NCBI GenBank assembly: GCA_963665115.1
Contig: OY762007.1
Location: 3,968,001-4,032,000, forward strand
From: an uncultured Rivularia sp.
GTDB lineage: Bacteria; Cyanobacteriota; Cyanobacteriia; Cyanobacteriales; Nostocaceae
Direction of reading: 5' to 3'
Length of the DNA stretch: 64,000 nt
Notes under the pieces: model-generated
Told to the model about the DNA's origin: nothing
Databases searched by the model: none
Seen by the model: only the letters and a program-made list of their open reading frames with translations
Program-made: the position numbers and the translations under genes
Shown here: positions 20,813 to 33,268 of the stretch, piece by piece
Layout of the letters: each line of letters starts with the position of its first letter
Numbering within the stretch: position 1 is the stretch's first letter

Positions 20813-22687
20813 CTAACTCGCTAATGCTTCTTGAATTGCCATGTTGTAAATAACGCGACCGGGTGTTGTATATATATACTGAGAAAGTAAATTTCCTGTT
20901 GCATCTTCTCTAACGCGACGGAACTTGTAGCGTAGAGTACGGGTACCATCTTCGTTGTCTATGACTTCTACGGGCTTTTTATCTTCTACATCTTGTTCTA
21001 CTTCGCCGTCATACCGGACGTAAACGTAGGAGTGCAAGGCAACTTGTTCTTGCTCGTAAGCCATTACTACATCTTCTAAAGAATAATAATAACCACCTGC
21101 TCCTTTGCTAGCATCGGGGTTTTCGGCGGTTAAATAATATGCTCCCAATACCATGTCTTGGCTGGGTGTAATAATCGGCTTACCAGTAGCTGGGGAAAGT
21201 ATGTTGTTGGAAGCGAGCATTAACAATCTTGCTTCTGATTGCGATTCCAAAGATAAAGGTACGTGTACTGCCATTTGGTCGCCGTCGAAATCAGCGTTAA
21301 ATGCCGGACATACCAATGGATGCAGTTGGATTGCTCTTCCTTCTACCAAAATTGGCTCAAAAGCTTGAATACCTAAACGGTGCAGGGTTGGCGCACGGTT
21401 GAGCATGACTGGGTGTCCTTCAATCACCTCTTCGAGAACATCCCAAACTTGGGGGTCCGATCTAGCGATTAATTTCTTGGCAGCTTTGATATTATTCACC
21501 ATGCCGCCTCTAATTAATCGATTAATTACAAAAGGCTGAAATAATTCGATTGCCATTTCCCGAGGCAATCCGCACTGGTGAATCTGAAGTTTGGGACCAA
21601 CTACGATTACGCTTCTTCCTGAATAATCAACCCGTTTACCCAACAAGTTCTGACGGAAACGTCCTTGTTTACCTTCAATAATGTCGGATAAGGATTTCAG
21701 CGGACGGTTATTTGCACCTACTACGGTACGTCCGCGACGACCGTTATCAATTAAAGCGTCTACTGCTTCTTGCAACATCCGTTTTTCGTTACGGACAATA
21801 ATCTCTGGTGCAAGAATTTCCTGCAATCTCGCCAAACGATTGTTACGGTTGATTACTCGACGATAAAGGTCGTTTAAATCACTAGTTGCAAAGCGACCAC
21901 CATCAAGCTGTACCATCGGGCGTAAATCCGGAGGAATCACGGGAATCACCGTCATTACCATCCATTCTGGTTTGGAGCCAGTAGCGATAAAATTATCTAT
22001 CACCCGCAATCGCTTAATTAACTTGGCTCGTTTTTGACCTTTAGCGTTAGTAATGCCTTCTCGCAGTGTTTCAGCTTCTGGTTCTAAGTTGATATCCGCG
22101 AGCAATCGCAGCAAAGCTTCAGCACCAATGCCAACTTCTACGCCTTCTAAGGTGGAATCTTCACTATAAATCTGGTCTTCAATTTCCAGCCATTGGTCTT
22201 CTGTAAGTAATTGCTTATAAGTTAAATCCGCATTCCCTTCACTCAGAACAACATAGGAATTGAAATAAACTATTTGCTCTACATCTCTTAAAGGCATATC
22301 TAAGAGAATAGAAATATAGCTGGGAATACCTTTTAGATACCAAACATGAGCTACTGGAGCAGCTAATTTGATATAGCCCATACGGTGACGGCGCACTCTC
22401 GATTCGGTGACTTCAACACCGCAGCGCTCGCAAACAATACCTCTATGGCGGACTCTCTTATATTTACCGCAATGACATTCCCAGTCTTTAGCAGGGCCAA
22501 AAATGCGTTCGCAGAACAGCCCATCCATTTCGGGCTTCAAAGTCCGGTAGTTAATCGTCTCCGGCTTAGTGACTTCTCCAACTACCTGAGAATTGGGTAA
22601 AGTCCTTTCTCCCCACTGACGAATCCGTTCGGGTGAAGCCAAGCCAATTTTTACGTAATCAAACTGATTATTTTGAGAATTTCTCAT
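20813..22687 (-). CDS. rpoC1: RNA polymerase gamma subunit (RpoC1)
   Basis: KPETINYRT, zinc-finger cysteines, catalytic NADFDGDQM. Confidence 0.99.
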   Translation of the reverse strand: MRNSQNNQFDYVKIGLASPERIRQWGERTLPNSQVVGEVTKPETINYRTLKPEMDGLFCERIFGPAKDWECHCGKYKRVRHRGIVCERCGVEVTESRVRRHRMGYIKLAAPVAHVWYLKGIPSYISILLDMPLRDVEQIVYFNSYVVLSEGNADLTYKQLLTEDQWLEIEDQIYSEDSTLEGVEVGIGAEALLRLLADINLEPEAETLREGITNAKGQKRAKLIKRLRVIDNFIATGSKPEWMVMTVIPVIPPDLRPMVQLDGGRFATSDLNDLYRRVINRNNRLARLQEILAPEIIVRNEKRMLQEAVDALIDNGRRGRTVVGANNRPLKSLSDIIEGKQGRFRQNLLGKRVDYSGRSVIVVGPKLQIHQCGLPREMAIELFQPFVINRLIRGGMVNNIKAAKKLIARSDPQVWDVLEEVIEGHPVMLNRAPTLHRLGIQAFEPILVEGRAIQLHPLVCPAFNADFDGDQMAVHVPLSLESQSEARLLMLASNNILSPATGKPIITPSQDMVLGAYYLTAENPDASKGAGGYYYSLEDVVMAYEQEQVALHSYVYVRYDGEVEQDVEDKKPVEVIDNEDGTRTLRYKFRRVREDATGNLLSQYIYTTPGRVIYNMAIQEALAS

Positions 22688-22696
22688 CTCGAAGAT

Positions 22697-22815
22697 TGTT
22701 AGTTGTTAGTTGTTAGTTGGTATTTGATAGAAATGGGCATAGGACATGGGGCATGGGGCATAGGTAATAATTTTCCTTTTTTACCAATTCCCAATCCCCA
22801 ATCCCCAATCCCCAA
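22697..22815. repeat. Mixed heptamer tandem repeats (GTTAGTT, GGGCATG, CCCCAAT)
   Basis: Three short arrays fill the rpoB-rpoC1 spacer; the last two are roughly complementary. Confidence 0.8.
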
Positions 22816-25800
22816 TTAATGTTCTTCTTCTATCGACTCGCGGGTAAGAGATTCGTAAGTCGGACGGGGTGGTGTACGACGAGAGTTTTGATCTGCCATG
22901 AGGTCAACTTCTACATCCAAGGAACTACCGTCGTTTTGAGTTTCTACTTTGTGAACGGCTATATCAAGTCCCAAAGACTGTAGCTCTCGCATCAATACTT
23001 TGAATGATTCTGGTGTTCCCGGACGAGGAATTGCTTTACCTTTAACAATGGCGTTAAGGGCTTCGTTACGTCCTTGCATATCGTCGGATTTAACGGTAAG
23101 CAATTCTTGCAATGTATAAGCAGCACCGAATGCTTCGAGCGCCCATACTTCCATTTCTCCGAAACGCTGACCGCCTTGTTGTGCTTTACCACCCAATGGC
23201 TGTTGAGTAACCAAAGAGTAAGGTCCTGTTGAACGAGCGTGGATTTTATCGTCTACTAAGTGAACTAATTTGAGCATATAAGCTACGCCAATAGTCACTG
23301 CTCGGTCAAAAGGTTCGCCGGTACGACCGTCATAAACTTGAATTTTTCCGGAATCATCGGGATTATATACCCAGTCTTTACCAGTTTCGTCTCTTGCTTC
23401 TTGCAGCTTGCCGTGAACGATTTGCCGCGATGATTCTTCGCCATACATTTCGTCGAAAGGCGTAATCTTAAATCTCACTCCCAAGGTATTACCTGCCCAA
23501 CCTAACAAGCACTCGAATACCTGCCCTACGTTCATTCGGCTCGGTACACCCAAGGGATTGAGTACAATATCCACACAAGAACCATCTGGCAAGTAAGGCA
23601 TATCTTCCAAAGGTAATATCTTGGAAATAATTCCTTTATTACCGTGCCTTCCCGCCATTTTGTCGCCGACTTGAATTTTCCGCTTTTGAGCTACGTAAAC
23701 TCGCACCACCATGTTTGCTCCTGGTGGAAGCTCGTCACCTTGTTCGCGGGTAAATATCCGGACATCTACGACTCTACCTTTCTCACCATTGGGTACTCGC
23801 AACGAGTTATCTCTTACGTCTCTGGCTTTCTCACCAAAAATTGCTCGCAATAATTTCTCTTCTGGTGGCTGGTCGGATTCGCCTTTAGGTGTAACTTTAC
23901 CTACCAATATATCCCCGGCTTCCACCCAAGCTCCAACCCGGATAATTCCCTGCTCGTCTAAATTTCGCAGCGCGTCTTCACCGACGTTAGGAATTTCTCT
24001 GGTGATTTCTTCTGGACCGAGCTTAGTTTGTCTTGCCTCAATTTCATACTTCTCAATGTGAATTGAGGTATAAACATCATCCTGCACCAAGCGTTCGCTA
24101 ATGAGAATAGCATCCTCGTAGTTGTAACCTTCCCAAGGCATATAGGCTACTACGATGTTTTGTCCCAATGCTAATTCGCCACCTTCAGTAGAAGAACCAT
24201 CTGCAAGTACTTGTCCTGCAATAACTTTTTCTCCTATCCTTACCAAAGGTCTTTGGTTCAAACAAGTATCTTGGTTGGAACGCTGATACTTGGAAATTTC
24301 GTATTTTTCCTCCGTTGCATCGGGTGCGGGACGAACGCGAATTTCTGTGGCATCTACAAAGGTAACGTCACCGTCGGTACGGGATACTATCACCATCCCG
24401 GAGTCTCTCGCAGCTTGGGCTTCTAAACCAGTTCCCACTAAAGGACGCTCTGGTTTGAGCAATGGGACTGCTTGCCGTTGCATATTCGACCCCATCAATG
24501 CTCGGTTAGCATCGTCATGTTCCAAGAATGGAATCAAGCTTGTTGCTACCGAAACAATCTGCACCGGAGAAACCGCTACATAATCCACCTGCTCTGGTGT
24601 CGTAGTTGCCCAATCTTGACGGTAGCGTACTGGTACTTGAGTACCAATAATATAGCCATTTTGATCGAGAGGTGTATCCCCCGGAGCAACCCGTAAATCA
24701 TCTTCTTCGTCAGCAGTCATGTAAAGAGCTTGCTTATCAAACATGACTTTGCCGTTTTCTACCGGACGGAAAGGAGTTTCTAAAAAGCCATAGGAATTTA
24801 CTTTAGCGTGAGTCGCTAAAGAACCAATTAGTCCCGCGTTTGGACCTTCTGGCGTTTCAATCGGGCATATACGTCCGTAGTGAGAAGGATGAATATCTCT
24901 TACTGCAAACCCCGCACGTTCCCGAGTTAAACCACCAGGGCCAAGCGCTGACAATCTTCGTTTGTGAGTCAGTTCCGCCAAAGGATTGGTTTGATCCATG
25001 AACTGAGATAGCTGTGAGGAACCAAAGAATTCTTTGATTGCTGCTACTAACGGTTTGGGGTTAACCAAGGATGCAGGAGTTAAAGACTCGGAATCGGATA
25101 CGGTCATACGTTCGCGGATAATCCGCTCCAAACGATTCAAACCTACCCGAACCTGGTTTTGCAGCAATTCACCGACACTTCTGACTCGGCGATTTCCCAG
25201 GTGATCTATGTCGTCTATATTACCGAGGTCGAATTCTAAGTTAATTAGGTAATCGACCGCTGCCAAGATATCCGGAGCCGTCAACACCCTAGTTGTATCT
25301 GGAATTTGCAAGCGTAATTTTTTATTCAGCTTGTAGCGTCCAACCCGACCTAAATCGTAGCGTTTCGCATCAAAAAAGCGCGAATCTAAAAGCTGTTGTC
25401 CGCCCAAAACTGTTGGTGGTTCGCCCGGACGCAGCTTGCGATACAATTCCATCAAGGCTTCTTCTTCGGAAAACTCCCCTTCTTTTTCAATGGTTTTTTG
25501 GAAGTATTCCGGGTGACGCATCGCATCGAAAATTTCGTTGTTGGTCAGCCCTAAAGCTTTGAGCAAGACTTGAGCCGACAATTTACGCGTTTTATCAATT
25601 CTCACCCAAACTAGATCGTTACGGTCTGTTTCAAATTTCAGCCATGCTCCCCGGTTGGGAATTAAACTAGCAGAATAAGTACGGCGACCGTTTTTATCGA
25701 TTTCGGATTTGTAATAAACCCCTGGGGATCGAACTATCTGGTTGACAATTACTCGCTCTGCACCGTTAATAATAAATGTGCCGCGTTCGGTCATCAAAGG

Positions 25801-26116
25801 CAAGTCACCAATAAATACTTCTTGCTCTTTAATTTCCCCAGTCTCTTTGTTTATCAAACGTGTAGGTACGTACATTTGCACCGCATAGGTGCTGTCGCGT
25901 CGCTTCGATTCATCTACACCATATTTAGGCTCTTTAAGCTTGTAGTTTTTTCCTAAAAAGTGCAGTTCTAATTTTCCGGTGTAATCTGTGATGGGACTGA
26001 AGGAATCAAGCTCTTCTATTAACCCTTGTTCCAAAAACCAGCGGAAGCTAGAACGTTGAATTTCAATCAAGTCGGGCAACATGAAGCCCGGTTTCTGTCA
26101 TTGAGTCGTAATTCAT
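22816..26116 (-). CDS. rpoB: RNA polymerase beta subunit; apparent +1 base near the 5' end
   Basis: Canonical RpoB motifs ([21 protein letters not shown]). Intact frame from ATG 26082; removing one base of TTT 26092-26094 joins ATG 26116 to give [20 protein letters not shown]. Confidence 0.97.
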
Positions 26117-26858
26117 GCCCATATTCAAATCTATAAAGGGGTTAAATTTGTCTTGCGTTGAGAAAATTCCGATTGTATTGCTGTCGTAGTGAAAGCAATT
26201 TTATGGATAAATAGAGGATAGCAGCCGATACATGGCATCTTTCATCAAAAAATGAATCCTCTCCTTACAGATAGGTAAAATTAAAAGGCATCTTAATTAT
26301 TTGCCTGAGTTTGCTCGCGCTTTCGCTGGCTTTCCGATCCAGAAGAAACTGTTTTCCTTTACTCATTCCCCCTCCGTTTTGGCGCTTTAACTCAAACAAG
26401 CAATACTGTCTTCGTGTTTTATCAACGCTATTCCAACAGCCAACAATACCGTCGCGGTGATGATATCCTATTACTAAAGGAATTAATTGAAGGCGCTGGG
26501 AAGATAGCTTTTCGGTGAATGGCTTTGTTTTCAAGGTAGATTCTTCTTATCCCAAGCTCAGAACCTTAAATAGTTTTCTATAAATGAAATAATTCAGCCG
26601 TAATAGGTAAGCTAGTTAAAGCCACATACATTGCTTTATTGAAACCGTAATAATCCACTATGGATTTCCGTTGCAAGAAATGCATGAAACAGCTTTCATT
26701 TGAGCGTTTTTAATAATTCAGCTAATTATATTGCCAAGGTCACTCAACTATTATGACCTAAGCAAACATAATCGGAGGAAAGAATTATATCATATTTCCT
26801 CTCTTCCTAAAGTAGGAACTTTGGATTAGCTTGAAATATATCCACACCCAAATGATTT

Positions 26859-27653
26859 TTACAGCTTTAAGCCAAATAAATCGCAGGCATTCTTTGTAGT
26901 AGTTTGTGCTATTGACTCTAAGGTTTCTCCTCGCAAGCTGGCTACCTGCTCGGCTACGAAACGAACATAGGATGGCTCGTTTCGCTTTTGCCCTCGTTTT
27001 GGAACTGGGGCTAGAAAAGGACAGTCAGTTTCAATTAGAAGGCGATCGCCTCTTACCATCGTTGCTGACTCTTTAATTGCATGAGCATTCTTGAAAGTAA
27101 CGGTTCCGCTGAAGCTGACGTAAAATCCCAAGTCTAAAAACCATTGGGTTTCTTCAGGGGTTCCACCCCAGCAGTGCATTACTCCCCGCACCTTCTCTCC
27201 ATACCTCTGTTTGAAACGAGATAGCACTTGCTGCATCTTCAATGCTGCATCTCTACAGTGGATAATTACCGGCAAGTCGAGCCTTACTGCTATTTCCAAC
27301 TGCTTTTCCAAGACTAGAATTTGTTGCTCGTTATTATCAGCTTTATAAAAATCCAGCCCCATTTCCCCAATGGCGACAATTTTATCCCCGGCGTTAGCCA
27401 AGGATTCGATTTTGTTCGCCGTTTGGGATGTCCACTTTTGGGCATCTAAGGGGTGCAATCCCACCGCAAAACTAATTTCAGGAAATCTATGGGCTAATGC
27501 CTGGATTCCTGAAAATTCCGATGGTTCAACGCATGAATGTACCAGACGCACTACACCCGCTTCTTGCCATCGTGAGCGCACCGCTTCCAAGTCGGGCTGG
27601 AATTGGTCAAAGTTAAGATGAACGTGGGTGTCAATCAACTGCATTAGAACCAT
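26859..27653 (-). CDS. tatD: TatD family hydrolase/DNase
   Basis: [37 protein letters not shown]; usual position between rpsT and rpoB. Alternative start 27644. Confidence 0.95.
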   Translation of the reverse strand: MVLMQLIDTHVHLNFDQFQPDLEAVRSRWQEAGVVRLVHSCVEPSEFSGIQALAHRFPEISFAVGLHPLDAQKWTSQTANKIESLANAGDKIVAIGEMGLDFYKADNNEQQILVLEKQLEIAVRLDLPVIIHCRDAALKMQQVLSRFKQRYGEKVRGVMHCWGGTPEETQWFLDLGFYVSFSGTVTFKNAHAIKESATMVRGDRLLIETDCPFLAPVPKRGQKRNEPSYVRFVAEQVASLRGETLESIAQTTTKNACDLFGLKL

Positions 27654-27706
27654 CCTTTTTAAAAGTCAGCGACTAATCGTAATTACTACTGACTTTACAA
27701 ATCCAA

Positions 27707-28021
<315 letters not shown>

Positions 28022-28451
28022 CTATATATGTACGCACACTAATAGCCTTACTAATATAGCATCCAATTTGTCAATATGAAGATGCTACAAAAAAAATATC
28101 TGAAAAAAGTTTTTTTTGTGCTAGATGAGGAAAAATCACCCACACAAAACAGTTCTGACTTGACACGGTAAAGTTAATGCCTTAGTGCAATCTCAGCTTG
28201 AATATTTTGCTTCATATTTTCTCTAGACACAATAATAAGTACCCATGCAAAATTAATTAAATGTTTTTTCTAGCTAGAAAATAGGCAACGGCTATATTAC
28301 TGAGTAATAATTATATAAACAATGCGGGCTTAGCTACTTACTATACGGAAATCGGGGAGATTGACTCAGAACCTAATTCATATTTGATAGTATAAAAACA
28401 CCTTTACGGGCTATTCGATCGTGACGTTAAAATAACCATTCCCCAGTCTAC

Positions 28452-29306
28452 TTAAAGTTCTGTTTGCTTAGCAAGCTCTAGGGCCGATCGACCAAATAAT
28501 AACTCGTTATCATCTTTGATTTTTCCAATGACATCCTGCTCTTTGGTGTAAGAAAATATCGCTGTACAACGTTGTTGATTGCCTACTACTTTAGTCACGC
28601 GGTGTAGAGACAATTTACCCTGGAATATTTGTAAGTCTCCCGGTTGTAAATTATTTTGCTGAACACCTTCGTAACATCCATGTAAAATTTGGCTGACTAA
28701 TTCAAAATTTTCACTCTGTGGTGTCCTAATATTAGGAGCATATTCAAAAATTCCCCCTTTACTAGCAGCTTGAATCATCAGAACAATACTGAAATCATTG
28801 TCATCATAATGCCACGGATGTTGTGCATCATTTCGTAAAATATTTAATACCAATCTGGCTAAAGGGTCATCATATTCATATATAACTTCGGTTGCCAAAC
28901 TAGCTGCAATAAAATTTTGAAAAATTGGTGCATGGTAAAGAGCTAGAAAAAGCGATTGGGGCTGAAATTTATTTTGCGGAACAAAAGCATTGGTTCGTTC
29001 CATAAAAAATCTTGCTGGATGTTCGGGTGCGAGTTTTGGATCGTCATCTGTTTTAAATATATTTGTTTTTCTTGTTGCATAATATGCTTCATGTTCTAAC
29101 GATAAAGATTCTTGTTGGGCAAAAAAAAGTGCCTTAGTAGTTAAAAAGTTCTTTAATACACAGCATCCGCGATGCTGCAACTGTTGGCGGCAATTAGCAA
29201 TTAAATCTAAAGATTTTTTTTGACATAGCTCTGCAATCGGATACTGCTGCAAATTTATAATTTCTTCAATTTTTAGCGGCGCTTCTGTAAGTTTTTTATT
29301 AATCAC
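28452..29306 (-). CDS. 2-oxoglutarate/Fe(II)-dependent oxygenase, BesD/HalD-related fold, hydroxylase-type
   Basis: WHYD (HxD), GGIFEYAPNIR, PGDL, distal His in SLHRVT and downstream Arg (QRCTA). Confidence 0.82.
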   Translation of the reverse strand: MINKKLTEAPLKIEEIINLQQYPIAELCQKKSLDLIANCRQQLQHRGCCVLKNFLTTKALFFAQQESLSLEHEAYYATRKTNIFKTDDDPKLAPEHPARFFMERTNAFVPQNKFQPQSLFLALYHAPIFQNFIAASLATEVIYEYDDPLARLVLNILRNDAQHPWHYDDNDFSIVLMIQAASKGGIFEYAPNIRTPQSENFELVSQILHGCYEGVQQNNLQPGDLQIFQGKLSLHRVTKVVGNQQRCTAIFSYTKEQDVIGKIKDDNELLFGRSALELAKQTEL

Positions 29307-29630
29307 TATATACCTGCTATTTTTACACTTGAGTTGCTCCCTGTAAAATGAGTGTCTAATGACTTCTCAAACAGCGATTATCATAGCAAACAGCAATGAA
29401 ATCAAAAAAATTGTCTTCAAGGTTACTTTGTACTCAAGACTACTTCTATCCCATTCAAAGAAACGAGATGATAAAGCCACGGATACGCAAAAGATAGAGA
29501 GGTCGAAGATATAGATAATCTTGCACGAGAAGAAAGTAACAACACGATTACTCCAATCTTTAGATGTAAGGCTATCAAATCAAAATTTCACAGCCTCACA
29601 TTGTTTATTACTAAAACTATTAAATAACCG

Positions 29631-31374
29631 ATGACGTACCAATTCCAAAATTCTCTTCCCAAGCTACCTTTACCAACGCTAGAACAAACTTGTAAACTAT
29701 ATCTTGAGATAGTTAAACCGTTATTAAGCGAACAAGAAATAGCACAAACCCAAGCAGTAGTTGAGGAATTTCAGCAAGAAAGCGGTCAAAAATTACAGCA
29801 TCAGTTAGAAATAATTAATCGTGCGACTAAAACCAGTTACGTTCACGATTACCGAGAAGAAAGTTTTTCGGAATATCGCGGGGCTTTAGTTATCAATAAA
29901 AACTTTGGCGGAATACTCACGCCAATTTCCCAGCCAGAATTACCTCAAGCTAAACTTGCTGCAACTTGGATTGTTGATACTTTAAAATTTTACCTAAAAA
30001 TTAAACGACGCGAACTTGAACCAGATAGAGATTCGCCACGTAATGGGAATCAACCAATGTGTATGATTCAATACGATAATTTATTTGGTTGGAATCGGAT
30101 TCCTGGTATTAAACGGGATGAAATGCGTCATAGTCCAGAGCAAGAAAATGTTGTAGTTATTTACCGGAATGTATTTTACTCGCTACAACCGCTCAAAGAA
30201 GAAAAAATTGCGCCAGCCTCAGAAATCGAGCAACAAATTAATTGGATTTTAAAGAATACTTCTTCCGATGAACCAGCTTTGGGAGCATTGACAGGTGTGA
30301 AAAGAGCTTCTTGGGCTGTAGTTTCGTCAAGGTACGGCAGCTTTAAATTCAGAAAATGCTCATTTTTTAGATTTATTAGATAGTGCTTTATTTGTAGTTT
30401 GCTTAGATGATGCAGCACCCGCGAATATAGAAGCAGCTTGTAAAAATGCACTACATGGAGATGGGAAAAATCGTTGTTTTGATAAGCCTTTACAATTAAT
30501 TTTTACATCTAATGGCTTATCGGGTATTAATGTCGAACACGTGGGAATTGATGGTTTTGTTATCATGCGCTACCTGTATGAAGTTAATCAAGAACGACAG
30601 CAGCAAAACCAGGAATTGGCGAACAATACATCTGTTGAGTTCGAGCCACCGACGCAATTAAACTGGAAATTCACTAAAGAAATTTTAGCCGAAATTAAGC
30701 AAGCAGAAGCAGAAGTCGAAGATTTTATTTCCGAACATGAAATAAAGGTTTTGGACTACCAAGAATTTGGGCGAAATTTGATTAAGAACTACCGTTTGAG
30801 TCCAGATGCTGTGGTTCAATTAGCAATTCAACTTGCTTATGTGAAGTTACGTGGAAAAATTGACTGTGTATATGAATCTGTACATACTCGACGGTTTGCA
30901 TACGGACGTACAGAAGCAATGCGTTCGGTTACTCCTGAGTCAATAGAGTTGATTCGTACTTTTACTGAGAAAGATTCAGATGAAGCAAAATATGCAGCCC
31001 TTAAGAAAGCTGTAGCGGCTCATGTCTGTCGCCAGAAAGATTGTCAGCAAGGATACGGTGTTGACAGGCATTTATCAGCACTATTACGGTTGGCGCGTGC
31101 CCAGGGAATGATGCCGAAAATTTACGAAGATAAAGCTTATAAAGTTCTTGGTGAATCAACTATCTGTACAAGCAGTTTAGCGGCAGGAATGGGTATGGAA
31201 TTATTTTGTTTTGGTCAAGTGGCAGATAATGGCTATGGTATTGGCTATATTATCAAGCCCGATAGTATTACTGTGAGTGTTACTAGTAAGTATCAGCAAA
31301 CACAAGAATACATTGAGTCATTACAACAGAGCTTTTCGGAGTTGGGTAAGTTGATAGCTCAAGAAAGCAAATAA
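29631..31374 (+). CDS. Choline/carnitine O-acyltransferase family protein, split by a +1 base at 30322-30324
   Basis: LPKLPLPTLEQT, PMCMIQY, VCLD, NRCFDK, catalytic EHVGIDG, SPDAVVQLAIQLAY, YESVHTRRFAYGRTE, GVDRHL, CTS. Removing one T gives a single 580-aa frame. Confidence 0.9.
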
Positions 31375-31388
31375 AATAATCAATTCTT

Positions 31389-31411
31389 AACCCGCTGTAA
31401 TGGCGGGTTTT
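31389..31411 (+). terminator. Rho-independent terminator
   Basis: AACCCGC-TGTAATG-GCGGGTT then TT, 15 nt after the acyltransferase stop. Confidence 0.75.
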
Positions 31412-31496
31412 GATTGTGTCGGTTATTTATCTAGTATTTATGAGTAAAATATATGACAGTTTTTCTTATAGCTTACTAGGTCACTTATTTATATAA

Positions 31497-33170
31497 ATGC
31501 TGCTCAACAACCGCTATCAGATACTTCGGACTTTGGGGAGCGGTGGATTTGGAGAAACTTTTCTAGCAAAAGACACTCAGATACCTTCGACTCGCCGATG
31601 CGTAATCAAACAGTTAAGAGTAATTCAAGATAATCCTCAAACTTATCAACTTGTGCAGCAGAGGTTTGCGCGAGAAGCGGCTATTTTGGAAGAATTGGGT
31701 GATGGCAATCCTCAAATTCCCCGATTATATGCATATTTTAGCGAAGGGCAGCAATTTTATTTAGCTCAGGAGTATATTCAAGGGCAGACTTTGAGCGAAG
31801 TTATTAGAAGTCGCGGGCGTTTGAATGAGTCTGGGGTGCGAGAAATATTAATTAGTCTATTGAATTTACTCGATTACGTTCATAGTAAGGGCATCGTTCA
31901 CCGCGACATCAAACCAGAAAATATTATTCTCCGCTCCTCCGATAATCGGCCAGTTTTAATTGATTTTGGTGCGGTGCGCGAGACAATGGCTGCACAAGTT
32001 AATTCTCGTGGGGGTATTACTAGTTCGATTGTCATCGGTACGCCGGGATTTATGTCAATCGAACAAGCTGCGGGGAGAGCTATTTTTGCTAGTGACTTGT
32101 ATAGTTTGGGGTTGGTAGCTATTTATTTGTTGACAGCTAAGTTGCCCCAGGAATTACAAACAGATATCCAAACCGGGGAAATTCTTTGGCAGAAAAACGG
32201 TATAAGTCCAAATTTTGCCTTAGTTTTAGATAAAGCAATTCGCTCTCAAGTTAGAGAACGTTTTGCTTCTGCTAAAGAAATGCTTAATGCGTTACAACCG
32301 CAGCCAACAGTAGAAACGGTACCGTTAAAATCAACACCAGTTGCAACCAGTCAAACAGGATGGCTTAAGTCGGCGTTAATGGGTGCTTTAATCGGTGGGT
32401 GCGTGCTGTTAGCTTTTGTGTTTGTTCAAGAAAGACAGCGATCGCCACAAACTAATCCCCCCATTCAACCAAAGCCGACGGTAGCAGCAAGCAAACCCGC
32501 AACAATCCCTGCCAAACAACAGCCTCAAAAGTTTTATTTTCTGGCAGATTCGGCTTTTCAAGAAATTAATAATGCTAACAATCAAATAACAGAATTAAAA
32601 AATGCTGGTTATAGCCAAGCTGGAAAATTTTGGTTGCGAGATTATCCCAATTTGTCTAATAATCCATACCATCAAGTTTATGTTGCAAAATTTAGCAGTC
32701 GTAGTAACTGTATTGAGTCGCTAAAAAATTACGTTCAACGCAATAAAAATGCTTATTGTGCCTTAGCGAGCGAGAATGCAAATGCATCGCCAAATTATTT
32801 TTACGGTTCTCAGGTAGAAATCCCAAAGACAGATGACAAACCATCTGCAAGTCAAGCAGTTGTAAATTACTATGCAACTATTAATAATCGGAACTATACA
32901 ACCAGTTGGAATCTACTTTCTCCAAAATTTCAAAGAAACAAATCTAATAATAAGTACTCCGAATATACTAATTGGTGGAATAAAGTTCAAAGAGTTGAAG
33001 TTGAACAAGCAAAGACTTTATCAACAACTTCCAATACTGCAACTGTAGAAGTACAAATGAAATATTATTTGAAATCGGGAAGAGTCATTCCCGACGCTCA
33101 ACGCTTCCAACTTCTATGGAATACAACGCAGCAAAACTGGAACATTGATGACTCTACCAAACTAAATTAA
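31497..33170 (+). CDS. Membrane Ser/Thr protein kinase (Hanks type) with periplasmic SPOR-like and NTF2-like domains
   Basis: GSGGFG, VIKQL, HRDIKPEN, DFG, GTPGF, DLYSLG; one TM helix; ectodomain assignments are pattern-based only. Confidence 0.92.
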   Translation: MLLNNRYQILRTLGSGGFGETFLAKDTQIPSTRRCVIKQLRVIQDNPQTYQLVQQRFAREAAILEELGDGNPQIPRLYAYFSEGQQFYLAQEYIQGQTLSEVIRSRGRLNESGVREILISLLNLLDYVHSKGIVHRDIKPENIILRSSDNRPVLIDFGAVRETMAAQVNSRGGITSSIVIGTPGFMSIEQAAGRAIFASDLYSLGLVAIYLLTAKLPQELQTDIQTGEILWQKNGISPNFALVLDKAIRSQVRERFASAKEMLNALQPQPTVETVPLKSTPVATSQTGWLKSALMGALIGGCVLLAFVFVQERQRSPQTNPPIQPKPTVAASKPATIPAKQQPQKFYFLADSAFQEINNANNQITELKNAGYSQAGKFWLRDYPNLSNNPYHQVYVAKFSSRSNCIESLKNYVQRNKNAYCALASENANASPNYFYGSQVEIPKTDDKPSASQAVVNYYATINNRNYTTSWNLLSPKFQRNKSNNKYSEYTNWWNKVQRVEVEQAKTLSTTSNTATVEVQMKYYLKSGRVIPDAQRFQLLWNTTQQNWNIDDSTKLN

Positions 33171-33268
33171 AGTTTTGATGAAAATATCGGCAATCGTATT
33201 TAAGTAAATACATAGAGGATGCCTGTTTTTTTTGTGGCTATAGTTTAATAAACATTGGGTGTGAACCT

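Noticed and set aside
16468..25562. Many short antisense or out-of-frame ORFs over rpoB, rpoC1 and rpoC2
   Set aside because: Shadow ORFs of long conserved genes, with no motifs.
28452..29306. Oxygenase as a BesD-type halogenase
   Set aside because: The facial triad retains Asp (HYD); halogenases have Gly or Ala there.
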